A stretch of DNA of 64,000 nt. Source: Caldisericum sp. (GTDB lineage Bacteria; Caldisericota; Caldisericia; Caldisericales; Caldisericaceae). Positions 36,364-45,652 of the stretch are shown one piece after another (the first letter of the stretch is position 1; each line of letters starts with the position of its first letter). The stretch lies in assembly GCA_020692945.1 (NCBI GenBank), contig JAIMJY010000001.1, forward strand, positions 1-64,000, given 5' to 3'. A program made the translations under genes and the position numbers. Under the pieces are notes generated by a model. That model made no database searches, was not told where the DNA came from, and saw nothing but the letters and a program-made list of their open reading frames with translations.

Positions 36364-39300
36364 AAAATTAGGAAAGATTTCATCAGAAACAAAAACAACT
36401 ATTCCAAATCCTTTTGAGATATCGACTCACAAAACAGAAAGGTCAGGTGCTGCTGTCATTATGCACTGGATGAGAGATATTATAGAGGAGAAGAATATTG
36501 ATTTAGGTTTACCTGATGTTGAAACAGGTGGCAAGGATAGCCTCTTTCCAGATACAATAATTAAAAAAACAAGAATAAGTCATGATGTTTTATGTGTTAT
36601 GGAGTTTAAACCCCCTCACTGGGATCCTTTTAACTATGATGATCCAAAAGAACCAGCTCGGAAAAAAGCTACCAAAAGAAACGCAAAATACTTCGCTACC
36701 TCGAACTTTCGAGATTTGATTCTTTGGAGTACTGAAAAGGTTAATGCCAACAAACCAGAAGAAGAACAAATCGTTTCACGCTATCATTTGTCAGATATTT
36801 ACGACCTTGACATGCTTGAGGACAATAGATACAAGGTTCCTACTAAAAAAGAGCTTGAAAAGTTTTTGACTGATCTTTACGAGTTTTCTACTGGTACCAA
36901 GGTTGAGCCACTTTTGGCTGTTGATGAATTACTCATTTATCGTCTTCAGGAAAAAATTGGAAAACTCGCGTACTATTATAGAGAAATTATTTATGATAAG
37001 ACTCACAAGGATAAAGATTTTGCCGAAAAGCTCTCAAAGTGGTTTACGGAACAAGGTTGGAGTTTTTTCATAGAAGATGAAGATTGTTATAATCGCATAG
37101 CTCATCAAACAGCATATCTTTTAGCAAATAAAATTATCTTCTACAATGCTTTGCAATTAAAGCGTCCTGATAAGCTAAGTCCATTAAGCATTCCTGAAGA
37201 CCTTACTCATGGCAAGATATTAGAAGGTTTCCTACAGTCATATTTTAAGTCTGTGCTTGATATAGATTATGAAACAATTTATACAACTGACTTTATTGAT
37301 GAAATTGCTTTTCCTGATAGTAAAGAAGTTGTTGAAGAAATCAAGAGCTTGGTTAATATTCTAAAACAATATGACTTTTCAAGCTTAGGTTTCGATGTAA
37401 TTGGTAGAATATTTGAGCGTTTAATTCCAGCGGATGAGAGACATAACTTAGGGCAATATTTTACCAATCCAGATATCGTTGATTTGATACTTCAATTTTG
37501 CATAAAAAACGAAAGAGATAAAATTTTTGACCCTTCTTGCGGTGCAGGCACCTTCCTTGTGCGTGCTTATCAGTATAAAAAACTGATGAACCAGAGGTTG
37601 CAGCACGAGGAAATCTTAAACACTCTTTGGGGAAACGATATCGCCAAATTTCCAGCCCATCTTTCTACAATTAACCTTGCGATAAACGACCTTTCGGTAG
37701 AGAAGAATTATCCTAGAATCATGCAGAAAGACTTCTTTGACCTCTTAGCTTCGCCGGATGAAGGATTTCGTTTGCCAGAGGACGTGAGAAAAGTTCTGTT
37801 AAAAACAATGAGCAATGAGGAATTTGAAATTGTCCACCCTCGTTGGTTTGATGTAATTGTAGGAAATCCTCCTTACACGAGGCAAGAGGAGATTTCCGAG
37901 ATTTCTGGAGATGAAGCGTACAAGGGAAATTTAATTGACAAAGCACTGAGATATGGAAATAATAAAATAGCAGATATTTCAAAGAGAGCTGGTATCTATG
38001 CGTATTTCTTCGTCCATGGAACTAAATTTCTGAAAGATAGTGGGCGTTTTGGTTTTATTGTTTCAAATGCCTGGCTTGACGTTGAGTATGGGGCTGGACT
38101 CCAAGAATTCTTTCTTGAAAACTACAAAATCGTTGCTATTATTGAGTCCAAAGTAGAGCGATGGTTTAAGGATGCGGATATTAATACTGTAATTGTGATT
38201 CTTGAAAAATGCAAAGAAAAAGAAGAGCGAGACAATAATGTTGTTCGTTTTGTATATTTGCTTAAGACTCTTCGAAATTTTATCCCTCCAGCTCAAACAA
38301 TCTGGGAAAAACAAATTGGAAGAAAGCAGGCCATAGATAATTTAATTAAGACTATCCTTGCACACTCAGAACTTTATGAAAATGAAGAGCTCAGGATTTT
38401 TGCCAAGAAACAATCAGAGCTCTGGGACGAAGGGTTAGACCCTGAAGAGCAAAAATATGTTGGTTCAAAGTGGGGAAAATATTTAAGGGCACCAGAAATC
38501 TTTTTCAAAATTTTGGAGAAAGGAAAAGACAAATTAGTCCCACTGAAAAAAATTGCAGATGTACGACGAGGTTTTACAACCGGCGCTAATGAGTTTTTCT
38601 ATTTAACTGAAGAAGAAATAAAACGCCGCAAGATTGAGAAAGAATTTTGGATGCATCAAGAGGGAAGAGGCAACTGGGTGCCAAACTATATTATTAAAAG
38701 CCCAAGGGAGTGTAAATCAATCATTGTTAATCCTAAAGATTTGAAGTACCTAGTTCTAATGATTCACAAAGATAAGGAAGATTTGAAGGGCACTAATGTC
38801 TTAAAATACATTGAAGAAGGTGAACGAAATGGATTTCATAATAGGCCGACGTGTGCAAGCAGGGAAAGATGGTATGAACTAACAGAGTTTAAAAGTAATA
38901 TTGTATGCATGATGACAGTAAATAAAAGGCATATTTGGCTTGATAATAGAAATGAATTTTTTATTGACGCAAGATTATACGGTGCTAACATAAAAGACAA
39001 TAGATATAAAACAATTTTAGGCACCATGCTTAATTCTACTTTGTTTTGGTTATTTACAGAATTGTGGGGGAGAGTGAATTTAGGAGAAGGAGCTCTTGAC
39101 GTTAAGGTTTATGAATATGCTTCTATGCCAGTATTAAAATTTGATAATAGGTTAGAAGAATTATTTAAAAACGAGATTTACAAAAGACCTATTAATGATG
39201 TTTTTGATGAGCTTGGTGTCTCTTCCCCTGAAAAAGTCTCTCTTGACAAAGTTAAGCCCGACAGAAGAGAATTAGATAAGATTGTAATGGGAGATCTCCT

Positions 39301-39826
39301 TGGATTAACTGATGACGAGCAATTAGAGGTCTATCATTCGGTCGTGGATTTAGTAAAATCAAGAATTGAAAAATCAAAAAGTGTTGGAAAATCTCACAAA
39401 GTAAAAAAAGGCATAGATATAGATGCAATATTAGTGCTCATTATAGAAAAGATTGGCGATAAAAGTCTTAAGAAGTGGTATGAAGAAAAAATTCTATCAA
39501 GAAACGACCTGGAAACAAAAGAGCTTCCCGAGATAGGCAATAACTTAAAGATAGAAAAAGGGCTTTATGGTTGGAAAATCAAAGGTGAAAGAGGTACCTT
39601 GCAATGCACTTCTGAGGCTGAGGCAGAATATTTGAAAGTATGGATTGAAATAGGTGCCAAATCTATTGATATTCCAAAAGATGAAACATATTTATCAAAA
39701 GTTGCAGAAGAACTTAAAACTCTTAAGAAAGAAATAGGCGATATAATTGATTCATATCTTGGTTCAGTTTTAGATATTAAATTAAAATCGCAAATTCTAT
39801 ATCGAATTTGGCAAAGTATAAGTTAA
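36350..39826 (+). CDS. Type IIG/IIL restriction-modification fusion enzyme: N-terminal PD-(D/E)XK endonuclease, gamma-class N6-adenine DNA methyltransferase, C-terminal target-recognition region
   Basis: 1158 aa. Nuclease motif FPD-x18-EFK near the N-terminus. MTase motif I FDPSCGAGTFLV and motif IV VGNPPYT. Long C-terminal region typical of TRDs in MmeI/Eco57I-like enzymes. Confidence 0.8.
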   Translation: MSKSKKLGKISSETKTTIPNPFEISTHKTERSGAAVIMHWMRDIIEEKNIDLGLPDVETGGKDSLFPDTIIKKTRISHDVLCVMEFKPPHWDPFNYDDPKEPARKKATKRNAKYFATSNFRDLILWSTEKVNANKPEEEQIVSRYHLSDIYDLDMLEDNRYKVPTKKELEKFLTDLYEFSTGTKVEPLLAVDELLIYRLQEKIGKLAYYYREIIYDKTHKDKDFAEKLSKWFTEQGWSFFIEDEDCYNRIAHQTAYLLANKIIFYNALQLKRPDKLSPLSIPEDLTHGKILEGFLQSYFKSVLDIDYETIYTTDFIDEIAFPDSKEVVEEIKSLVNILKQYDFSSLGFDVIGRIFERLIPADERHNLGQYFTNPDIVDLILQFCIKNERDKIFDPSCGAGTFLVRAYQYKKLMNQRLQHEEILNTLWGNDIAKFPAHLSTINLAINDLSVEKNYPRIMQKDFFDLLASPDEGFRLPEDVRKVLLKTMSNEEFEIVHPRWFDVIVGNPPYTRQEEISEISGDEAYKGNLIDKALRYGNNKIADISKRAGIYAYFFVHGTKFLKDSGRFGFIVSNAWLDVEYGAGLQEFFLENYKIVAIIESKVERWFKDADINTVIVILEKCKEKEERDNNVVRFVYLLKTLRNFIPPAQTIWEKQIGRKQAIDNLIKTILAHSELYENEELRIFAKKQSELWDEGLDPEEQKYVGSKWGKYLRAPEIFFKILEKGKDKLVPLKKIADVRRGFTTGANEFFYLTEEEIKRRKIEKEFWMHQEGRGNWVPNYIIKSPRECKSIIVNPKDLKYLVLMIHKDKEDLKGTNVLKYIEEGERNGFHNRPTCASRERWYELTEFKSNIVCMMTVNKRHIWLDNRNEFFIDARLYGANIKDNRYKTILGTMLNSTLFWLFTELWGRVNLGEGALDVKVYEYASMPVLKFDNRLEELFKNEIYKRPINDVFDELGVSSPEKVSLDKVKPDRRELDKIVMGDLLGLTDDEQLEVYHSVVDLVKSRIEKSKSVGKSHKVKKGIDIDAILVLIIEKIGDKSLKKWYEEKILSRNDLETKELPEIGNNLKIEKGLYGWKIKGERGTLQCTSEAEAEYLKVWIEIGAKSIDIPKDETYLSKVAEELKTLKKEIGDIIDSYLGSVLDIKLKSQILYRIWQSIS

Positions 39827-39875
39827 TATTTTGAATATGAATGTTACTTAATTGTTTTGAAATGAATTTTGCTAT

Positions 39876-39903
39876 TTGATGTTTTCCTGCAATCTGTTAT
39901 AAT
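39876..39903 (+). promoter_or_regulatory. Sigma70-like promoter with extended -10 (TTGATG -35, 16 nt spacer, TGTTATAAT) upstream of the toxin-antitoxin operon
   Basis: Hexamers read directly. RBS AGGGAGG follows. The same TCTGTTATAAT box recurs at 219-232 and about 62388. Confidence 0.45.
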
Positions 39904-39924
39904 ATTTCAAAAGGGAGGTTAAGA

Positions 39925-40509
39925 ATGTATAAAATTGAAGAAATCATTGAGGCTCTCCTTTACTTTGCAGGTTCGCAAGACATTAAGACAAAAATAGTAA
40001 AAGCATGCTATCTTTTAGAGTCAGAATATTTTGATAAGACAGGCCAAAGACTTACTGACATTGAGTATAAATATCACCTTTACGGTCCTTATAGCGAAGC
40101 TATTATAAGTTCAATGATGAACGATAAAAATATTGCATATAGCCCTCAAACAAGCATGAATGGAAATGAGTACGATTTGTTCAAACTTAAAAAAACTTCT
40201 GTTATCGCTAAAATTGATTCATTGGCACTTTCCTTTATCGAGAAGTGGGCAAAGATAATGCAGCAAAAGACATATAACGAAATGTTAGAACTTGCATATA
40301 ATGATAAGAATTTTAAGAGAACTGAAAAAGGACAAATCATAAAGTTTGATTCAGATTTTCTCAAAAAGAAAGAGTTGTTAAAGAAAAGAGCAAAGGAAAA
40401 ATTCGGAAACCGTAAACTAACAAAAGAAGAAGCTGACGGCTTGAAAGAAGCAGGCAACGAAGACTTAATTCAATACTCAAGGAAGTTATTAAAAGAGTCA
40501 GGTAGATGA
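39925..40509 (+). CDS. Panacea-domain (DUF4065, SocA-like) antitoxin
   Basis: N-terminal LLYFAG ... YKYHLYGPYSEAI pattern typical of Panacea/DUF4065 proteins. 4 nt overlap with the downstream toxin gene. Confidence 0.7.
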   Translation: MYKIEEIIEALLYFAGSQDIKTKIVKACYLLESEYFDKTGQRLTDIEYKYHLYGPYSEAIISSMMNDKNIAYSPQTSMNGNEYDLFKLKKTSVIAKIDSLALSFIEKWAKIMQQKTYNEMLELAYNDKNFKRTEKGQIIKFDSDFLKKKELLKKRAKEKFGNRKLTKEEADGLKEAGNEDLIQYSRKLLKESGR

Positions 40510-40886
40510 AAGCGCGTGTTCACCCTAAACGAGGCTTTGTATATAGAATTATTCTTAATTATATAGATAGACCTGCAGAATCTAATGAAAAGCATATGGT
40601 CGTTGTTATCCAAAACAATGATATTCTAAAATGGTCAAGAGAAGTTAATGTCTTGGAAATAACAAGTAACCCGAGGGACATTAGTGCACCATATAACGTT
40701 TCTCTTCCAGCAAAAACTCTAACGAGCCAATATCAATCAACCGACAGCAAAATTAAATGCCATGTCCTTTATGGAGTCAAGATAGAAGATTTGCTTAACG
40801 GAGAGTATTGCGGAAAAATCCCAAGTGAAATTATGAAAGAAATTGACGATGCAATTATTTTTTCACTTGGATTGTCAGAAGATTAA
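40506..40886 (+). CDS. MazF/PemK-family type II toxin (endoribonuclease fold)
   Basis: 126 aa with the conserved pattern RGFVY ... HMVVVIQNND ... ITSN ... KCHVLYGVKIEDL ... GKIPSEIMKEIDDAIIFSLGL matching Kid/PemK/MazF. Confidence 0.7.
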   Translation: MKARVHPKRGFVYRIILNYIDRPAESNEKHMVVVIQNNDILKWSREVNVLEITSNPRDISAPYNVSLPAKTLTSQYQSTDSKIKCHVLYGVKIEDLLNGEYCGKIPSEIMKEIDDAIIFSLGLSED

Positions 40887-40906
40887 TAGTTCAGAAGATT
40901 AATAGT
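40875..40906 (+). repeat. Perfect tandem duplication of the 16-mer TCAGAAGATTAATAGT spanning the toxin stop codon
   Basis: Read directly: two identical 16-mers followed by a partial third (TCAGAATATAATAA). Confidence 0.6.
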
Positions 40907-41069
40907 TCAGAATATAATAAAGTTTTATTGTGTGGAGCAAATTATGGACGACCAGGAAAAACAAAAAATTGACGTTATAATGAAAGACTATGAAATACTA
41001 AAAACCTATTCTACTCCAGTCGGAAAAAAAGTCAAACAATTTGAATCAGACCTTTTGTTAAGTTTCATA

Positions 41070-41172
41070 AACCTGCTGAGAATGATCGTGGGTTCCAAAG
41101 GATTAAATCCACTGAAAAGGATCGTGGATGAATCCGATGAAAATGAGCTCGGATTTCAAAGGAGTGACAAAA
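41070..41172 (+). repeat. Three dispersed-repeat units forming the right border of the accessory island, upstream of tilS
   Basis: AACCTGC-TGAGAATGATC-GTGGGTT-CCAAAGGATTAA; ATCCAC-TGAAAAGGATC-GTGGAT; AATCCGA-TGAAAATGAGCT-CGGATTT-CAAAGGAGT. Confidence 0.8.
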
Positions 41173-41202
41173 TATTAAACGGGGGGCAGCAGAGAAGTAA
41201 AT

Positions 41203-42546
41203 ATGGAAAACAGCCTGATAGACAAAATAAAAGAGGCTATAATTAATTTCAGCCTCATAGAGAAAAACGAGAAGGTGCTCATCGGGGTTTCGGGAGGACC
41301 AGACTCTTTGGCATTGCTTGCGGCATTGAATAAGCTTAAAAATGAATTGAATTTTTCAATAGCTGTTGCGACCTTTAATCATTTGATAAGAGATGAGTCG
41401 GGAAGCGAAGTCGAATTCGTAAGAGAGCTAACCAAAAATCTCGGAGTCCCCTTTTACACCAAACAAGAAGACATATTAAAAATTGCAAAAATGGAGTTTC
41501 TTTCTTTAGAGGAGGCTGCAAGGAAAGCGCGATTGGATTTCCTTTTTGCAATAAAAGACGAAAATCATTTTGATAAAATTGCTCTTGCTCATACCCTTGA
41601 TGACCTCGTAGAAACAATGCTATTTCATTTGATTAAAGGTACAGGAGCTTCGGGCTTAATTGGAATGAAGCCAAAAAGTTTTAACGGAATCATTCATCCG
41701 ATGCTAAGCGTTGAGAAAAAGGAAGTATTAGTTTTCTTGACAAATGCCAAAATCAGCTATAAATCAGACCTGACCAACCTCTCGCTTCGATACGAAAGGA
41801 ATAAAGTGCGCCTTCAAATCGTGCCGATGTTTGAAGCAATGAATCCTAATTTTAATAAGCACATGCTGTATACATCGCTTGTTTTGAGAGATGAGGACGA
41901 ATTCATCGAAGCTATTTCTAATAAAGACGCCAAGGTGATAAAAGATGGTGACTCGTACTCAATTTCAATCTTTAATAACCTCCCCATTTTTGAAAAAAGA
42001 AGAATCCTCAGGGCTATATTGGGAAAAGAATCAAATTTTGAAAGAATCGAAAGGGCTATGCTCTTTCTCAAGGGCAAGTTCGGCAGGCTCAACATTTTCG
42101 GAGAAACTTACATCGTATCAAGTAGCAGCCATTTTTGGCTCGAACAAAAAACTCCCTTCACGATAGATAGGAAAATCGTACTTGAGATTCCCGGAACTAC
42201 CGTTATTCCCGATGCAGATCTCGCAATAGAAACGCTTCTGAGCAGCAACCTTCCGGTATTAGACAATCTCAATGTTGCTTTTGATTTGAAAGAGCTCAAG
42301 TTGCCTTTAAGAGCTCGCTTCAGGCGCGAAGGAGACAAAATGCTAACAGAAGTTGGTTACAAAAAAGTTCAAGATATTTTTACTGACTGCAAGGTAAGAA
42401 GAGACAAGCGATATAAAACGCCAATTGTAACTGACAGAGACGATGAAATTCTCTGGATACCTGGAGTAAAGAGGAGCTCCCTAAATAAAATAAGCAATAA
42501 AGCGTCACAAACGCTTATTCTTAAGGCCGTATTTAATAAAAAATAA
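41203..42546 (+). CDS. tilS: tRNA(Ile)-lysidine synthetase
   Basis: 447 aa with N-terminal PP-loop (VSGGPDSLALL) and TilS C-terminal domain. Confidence 0.9.
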   Translation: MENSLIDKIKEAIINFSLIEKNEKVLIGVSGGPDSLALLAALNKLKNELNFSIAVATFNHLIRDESGSEVEFVRELTKNLGVPFYTKQEDILKIAKMEFLSLEEAARKARLDFLFAIKDENHFDKIALAHTLDDLVETMLFHLIKGTGASGLIGMKPKSFNGIIHPMLSVEKKEVLVFLTNAKISYKSDLTNLSLRYERNKVRLQIVPMFEAMNPNFNKHMLYTSLVLRDEDEFIEAISNKDAKVIKDGDSYSISIFNNLPIFEKRRILRAILGKESNFERIERAMLFLKGKFGRLNIFGETYIVSSSSHFWLEQKTPFTIDRKIVLEIPGTTVIPDADLAIETLLSSNLPVLDNLNVAFDLKELKLPLRARFRREGDKMLTEVGYKKVQDIFTDCKVRRDKRYKTPIVTDRDDEILWIPGVKRSSLNKISNKASQTLILKAVFNKK

Positions 42547-42566
42547 TTTTCTGATATAATATTTAT

Positions 42567-43130
42567 ATGAATAGCGACGTTAAAGAAGTTTTGATTACAG
42601 CCAACAAAATTAAAGCAAGAATAAAAGAACTTGGCCAGGAAATAAGCAAGGATTACAGCAATAAATTTCCTCTGCTGATCTGTGTTCTAAGAGGGGCTTT
42701 TTTATTTCTCGGAGACCTTGTTCGCGAGATTGATATACCTCTTTCTATAGATTTTATGGCAATTTCTAGTTATAACGGGCAAACTGAATCGAGCGGGCAG
42801 GTTAAAATTTTAAAAGATCTTGAAACCCCGATTGACAAGAGGGACGTTATTGTTATTGAAGACATAGTCGACACTGGATTAACTATGGACGCCATAACGA
42901 GACTATTGATAACAAGGAAGCCAAAGAGCATAAAGATTTGTACTCTCCTCGACAAAGCGGAGAGACGTAAAATTAATATCAATATTGACTATTACGGGTT
43001 CCGTATACCTAATAAATTTGTCATAGGATACGGCCTTGATTACGAAGAGAAGTACAGAAATCTACCTTTCATTGGAGAATTGAAGGAAGAGGTTTACAAG
43101 GGAGGCATTAACAAAAAAGATGGCAAATAA
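42567..43130 (+). CDS. hpt: Hypoxanthine-guanine phosphoribosyltransferase
   Basis: 187 aa with PRPP-binding motif (VIVIEDIVDTGLT). Confidence 0.9.
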   Translation: MNSDVKEVLITANKIKARIKELGQEISKDYSNKFPLLICVLRGAFLFLGDLVREIDIPLSIDFMAISSYNGQTESSGQVKILKDLETPIDKRDVIVIEDIVDTGLTMDAITRLLITRKPKSIKICTLLDKAERRKININIDYYGFRIPNKFVIGYGLDYEEKYRNLPFIGELKEEVYKGGINKKDGK

Positions 43131-45015
43131 TAACAAAAATAGAAATAATAGTAGACTCATCGTAAGAGATATAATCACCTGGGTTTTGCTATTCGTGACT
43201 GTGTTTGCGGTTTCGAAATTTTTTAACTTTTCAGGAGGCACGCAAGTAAAAAAAGTTGCCTATTCAGACTTTATTAATTATATAGAGGGCGGTGAGTTAA
43301 ACTCGGCTACAATTACAGTGCAGGGTAGCATTCCTACACAGATTACTGGAGTTTTGAAAGATGGCACGACAATACAAACCGACACAACTAACGACGTGAA
43401 CATTCTGGAGAAGTATCTGTTGGATAAAAAAGTTTCATTTGATATAAAGAGAAATAGTTCTTCGTTCTGGTCAATATTTTGGAACATAGTTCCGTGGATT
43501 GTTGTCCTTGCACTCTGGTGGTTTATGATGCAGAGAATAATGCAGGGAGCGGGAGGGGGCGGGAGTCAAGCTTTCTCTTTTGGAAAAAGCAAAGCGAAAT
43601 TGTTTATGGAAAACAAACCACAGGTGACATTCAAAGATGTGGCGGGAGCAGAAGAAGTCAAAGAAGAAGTAAAAGAAATCATTGAATTTCTTAAAAATCC
43701 AAATAAGTTTCTTAAATTCGGTGCGAAGATACCAAAGGGCGTTCTTTTGGTAGGTCCTCCGGGATGCGGTAAAACACTCGTTGCGAAAGCAATAGCAGGA
43801 GAAGCTGGTGTTCCTTTCTTCTCTGTTTCTGGATCAGAGTTCGTTGAAATGTTTGTAGGGGTCGGGGCTTCAAGAGTTAGGGACCTCTTTACTCAAGCAC
43901 GATCTTATGCTCCATGTATTGTTTTTGTCGACGAAATAGATGCTGTTGGAAGACACAGGGGAGCCGGAATCGGGGGTGGAAACGACGAAAGAGAACAAAC
44001 ACTTAACCAATTGCTCGTTGAGATGGATGGGTTTGATCCTCATACAGGAATCATAATTGTCGCAGCAACCAATAGGCCCGATATACTTGACCCAGCACTT
44101 TTAAGGCCGGGAAGATTTGATAGGAGAGTCATTGTTGGACTTCCTGATACGAAGGAAAGAGAAGAAATTTTAAAACTGCATGCAAAAAATAAACCTATGG
44201 ATGATAGCATAAATCTTGGCGCTATTGCTCAACAAACCGCAGGCTTTACTGGAGCAGACCTCGAAAATCTTCTCAATGAAGCTGCTTTACTCACCGTGCG
44301 CCAAAGCCTTGAAAAAATTACACAAAATGAGATTGAGGAAGCTATAGATAAGGTTATTGCTGGACCTGAGAAGAAATCACTCGTGCTTTCCGATGAAGAA
44401 AAAAGAATAATTGCTTATCATGAAACAGGACATGCTGTTGTAACAAAGGCATTGCCTTCTGGCGATTTAGTGCATAGAATTTCAGTAGTTTCAAGAGGAA
44501 TGGCGCTTGGCTACAATGTGCAACTTCCGGAAAGAGACAAGTACCTGCAAAGGAAAAGTGAATTGCTTAATAAAATCTCTTCTTTACTTGGTGGAAGAGC
44601 TGCAGAAGAAATAGTAATTGGGGAAGTTTCTACCGGAGCAGCTAATGACCTCGAGCGAGCCACTGATATAGCGATGAAGATGGTAAGAGCTTACGGAATG
44701 AGCGAAAAACTTGGCCCAATCACCTTCGGAAAAGAAAATGAACTTATTTTTCTTGGGAAAGAGCTCGGAGAAGAAAGAAACTACAGCGAAAATACTGCTA
44801 ACGTAATTGACGCAGAGGTTAAAAAAATTGTTGAATTATGCTACGAAGCGGCAAAACAAGTAATAAAGAAACAGATTGCTGCAGTTAACACTATAGCAAC
44901 CGCTCTTCTTGAAAAGGAAACGCTTCAGGGAGACGAATTAAAAAGTTTGCTTTCTCTTATAAAAATTGGACTCTCAGCAAATAATTCGCAAGTTGTTCCA
45001 GCGACTTCTGAGTGA
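43120..45015 (+). CDS. ftsH: ATP-dependent zinc metalloprotease FtsH
   Basis: 631 aa with TM segments, AAA+ module (GPPGCGKT, Walker B DEIDAV, SRH) and HEXXH (HETGHA). Confidence 0.95.
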   Translation: MANNNKNRNNSRLIVRDIITWVLLFVTVFAVSKFFNFSGGTQVKKVAYSDFINYIEGGELNSATITVQGSIPTQITGVLKDGTTIQTDTTNDVNILEKYLLDKKVSFDIKRNSSSFWSIFWNIVPWIVVLALWWFMMQRIMQGAGGGGSQAFSFGKSKAKLFMENKPQVTFKDVAGAEEVKEEVKEIIEFLKNPNKFLKFGAKIPKGVLLVGPPGCGKTLVAKAIAGEAGVPFFSVSGSEFVEMFVGVGASRVRDLFTQARSYAPCIVFVDEIDAVGRHRGAGIGGGNDEREQTLNQLLVEMDGFDPHTGIIIVAATNRPDILDPALLRPGRFDRRVIVGLPDTKEREEILKLHAKNKPMDDSINLGAIAQQTAGFTGADLENLLNEAALLTVRQSLEKITQNEIEEAIDKVIAGPEKKSLVLSDEEKRIIAYHETGHAVVTKALPSGDLVHRISVVSRGMALGYNVQLPERDKYLQRKSELLNKISSLLGGRAAEEIVIGEVSTGAANDLERATDIAMKMVRAYGMSEKLGPITFGKENELIFLGKELGEERNYSENTANVIDAEVKKIVELCYEAAKQVIKKQIAAVNTIATALLEKETLQGDELKSLLSLIKIGLSANNSQVVPATSE

Positions 45016-45652
45016 ATTTGGAAGCCAAAAGTGGTGGCCTGCTGATTCTCCTTTCGAGGTAATGATTGGGGCTATATTAATTCAGCAAACAACTTGGAAG
45101 AACGTGCAGAAAGCCATTGAAAACATTAAACTCAGTGGGACACTATCCCCTGAGCTAATAAATTTGATCAGCCTCGAAGAGTTAGAGAACTTAATAAAGC
45201 CTTCAGGATTTTATAGGGTAAAAGCCAGGACTTTAAAGACGTATGTTGCATTTCTCATGGAAGGCTACAACGGAAGGATAAGCAGTATGAATAGGGAAAG
45301 TTTAGAAATTCTAAGAAACAAGCTTCTCAAAATAAAAGGGATAGGAATGGAAACCGCTGATTCAATTCTTTTGTATGCACTTAAAAAAGAGATATTTGTC
45401 GTTGATGGGTACACAAAGAGAATATTTGAACGGATTGGAATAACTAATTCAAGAGATCATGAAAAAATACGTATTTTATGTGAAAGGTCCCTAAGGTCAG
45501 AAGGTAATTCTATATACTGTTTCAATGAGATGCATGCTTTGATTGTTGCGTTAGGAAAAAGTTATTGCAAAAAGAGGCCTAAGTGCGGCATTTGCCCCGG
45601 GAAAGATTTATGCCAAAAGAAAGGAGTGAAAAATGAGCAGCGTTGGAATTAA
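44966..45652 (+). CDS. HhH-GPD superfamily base-excision DNA glycosylase (endonuclease III-like). The ORF overlaps the ftsH 3' end by 50 nt; an internal start at 45062 is possible.
   Basis: 228 aa with helix-hairpin-helix GIG motif (IKGIGMETADSILLYAL), catalytic Asp (VVDGYTKRIFERIG) and conserved N-terminal ILIQQTTW block. Confidence 0.7.
   Translation: MDSQQIIRKLFQRLLSEFGSQKWWPADSPFEVMIGAILIQQTTWKNVQKAIENIKLSGTLSPELINLISLEELENLIKPSGFYRVKARTLKTYVAFLMEGYNGRISSMNRESLEILRNKLLKIKGIGMETADSILLYALKKEIFVVDGYTKRIFERIGITNSRDHEKIRILCERSLRSEGNSIYCFNEMHALIVALGKSYCKKRPKCGICPGKDLCQKKGVKNEQRWN

Noticed and set aside
40932-41246. 104-codon ORF as a genuine protein-coding gene
   Set aside because: About half of it is repeat sequence. 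It overlaps the tilS start by 44 nt and lacks a convincing RBS. It is kept only as a low-interest observation.
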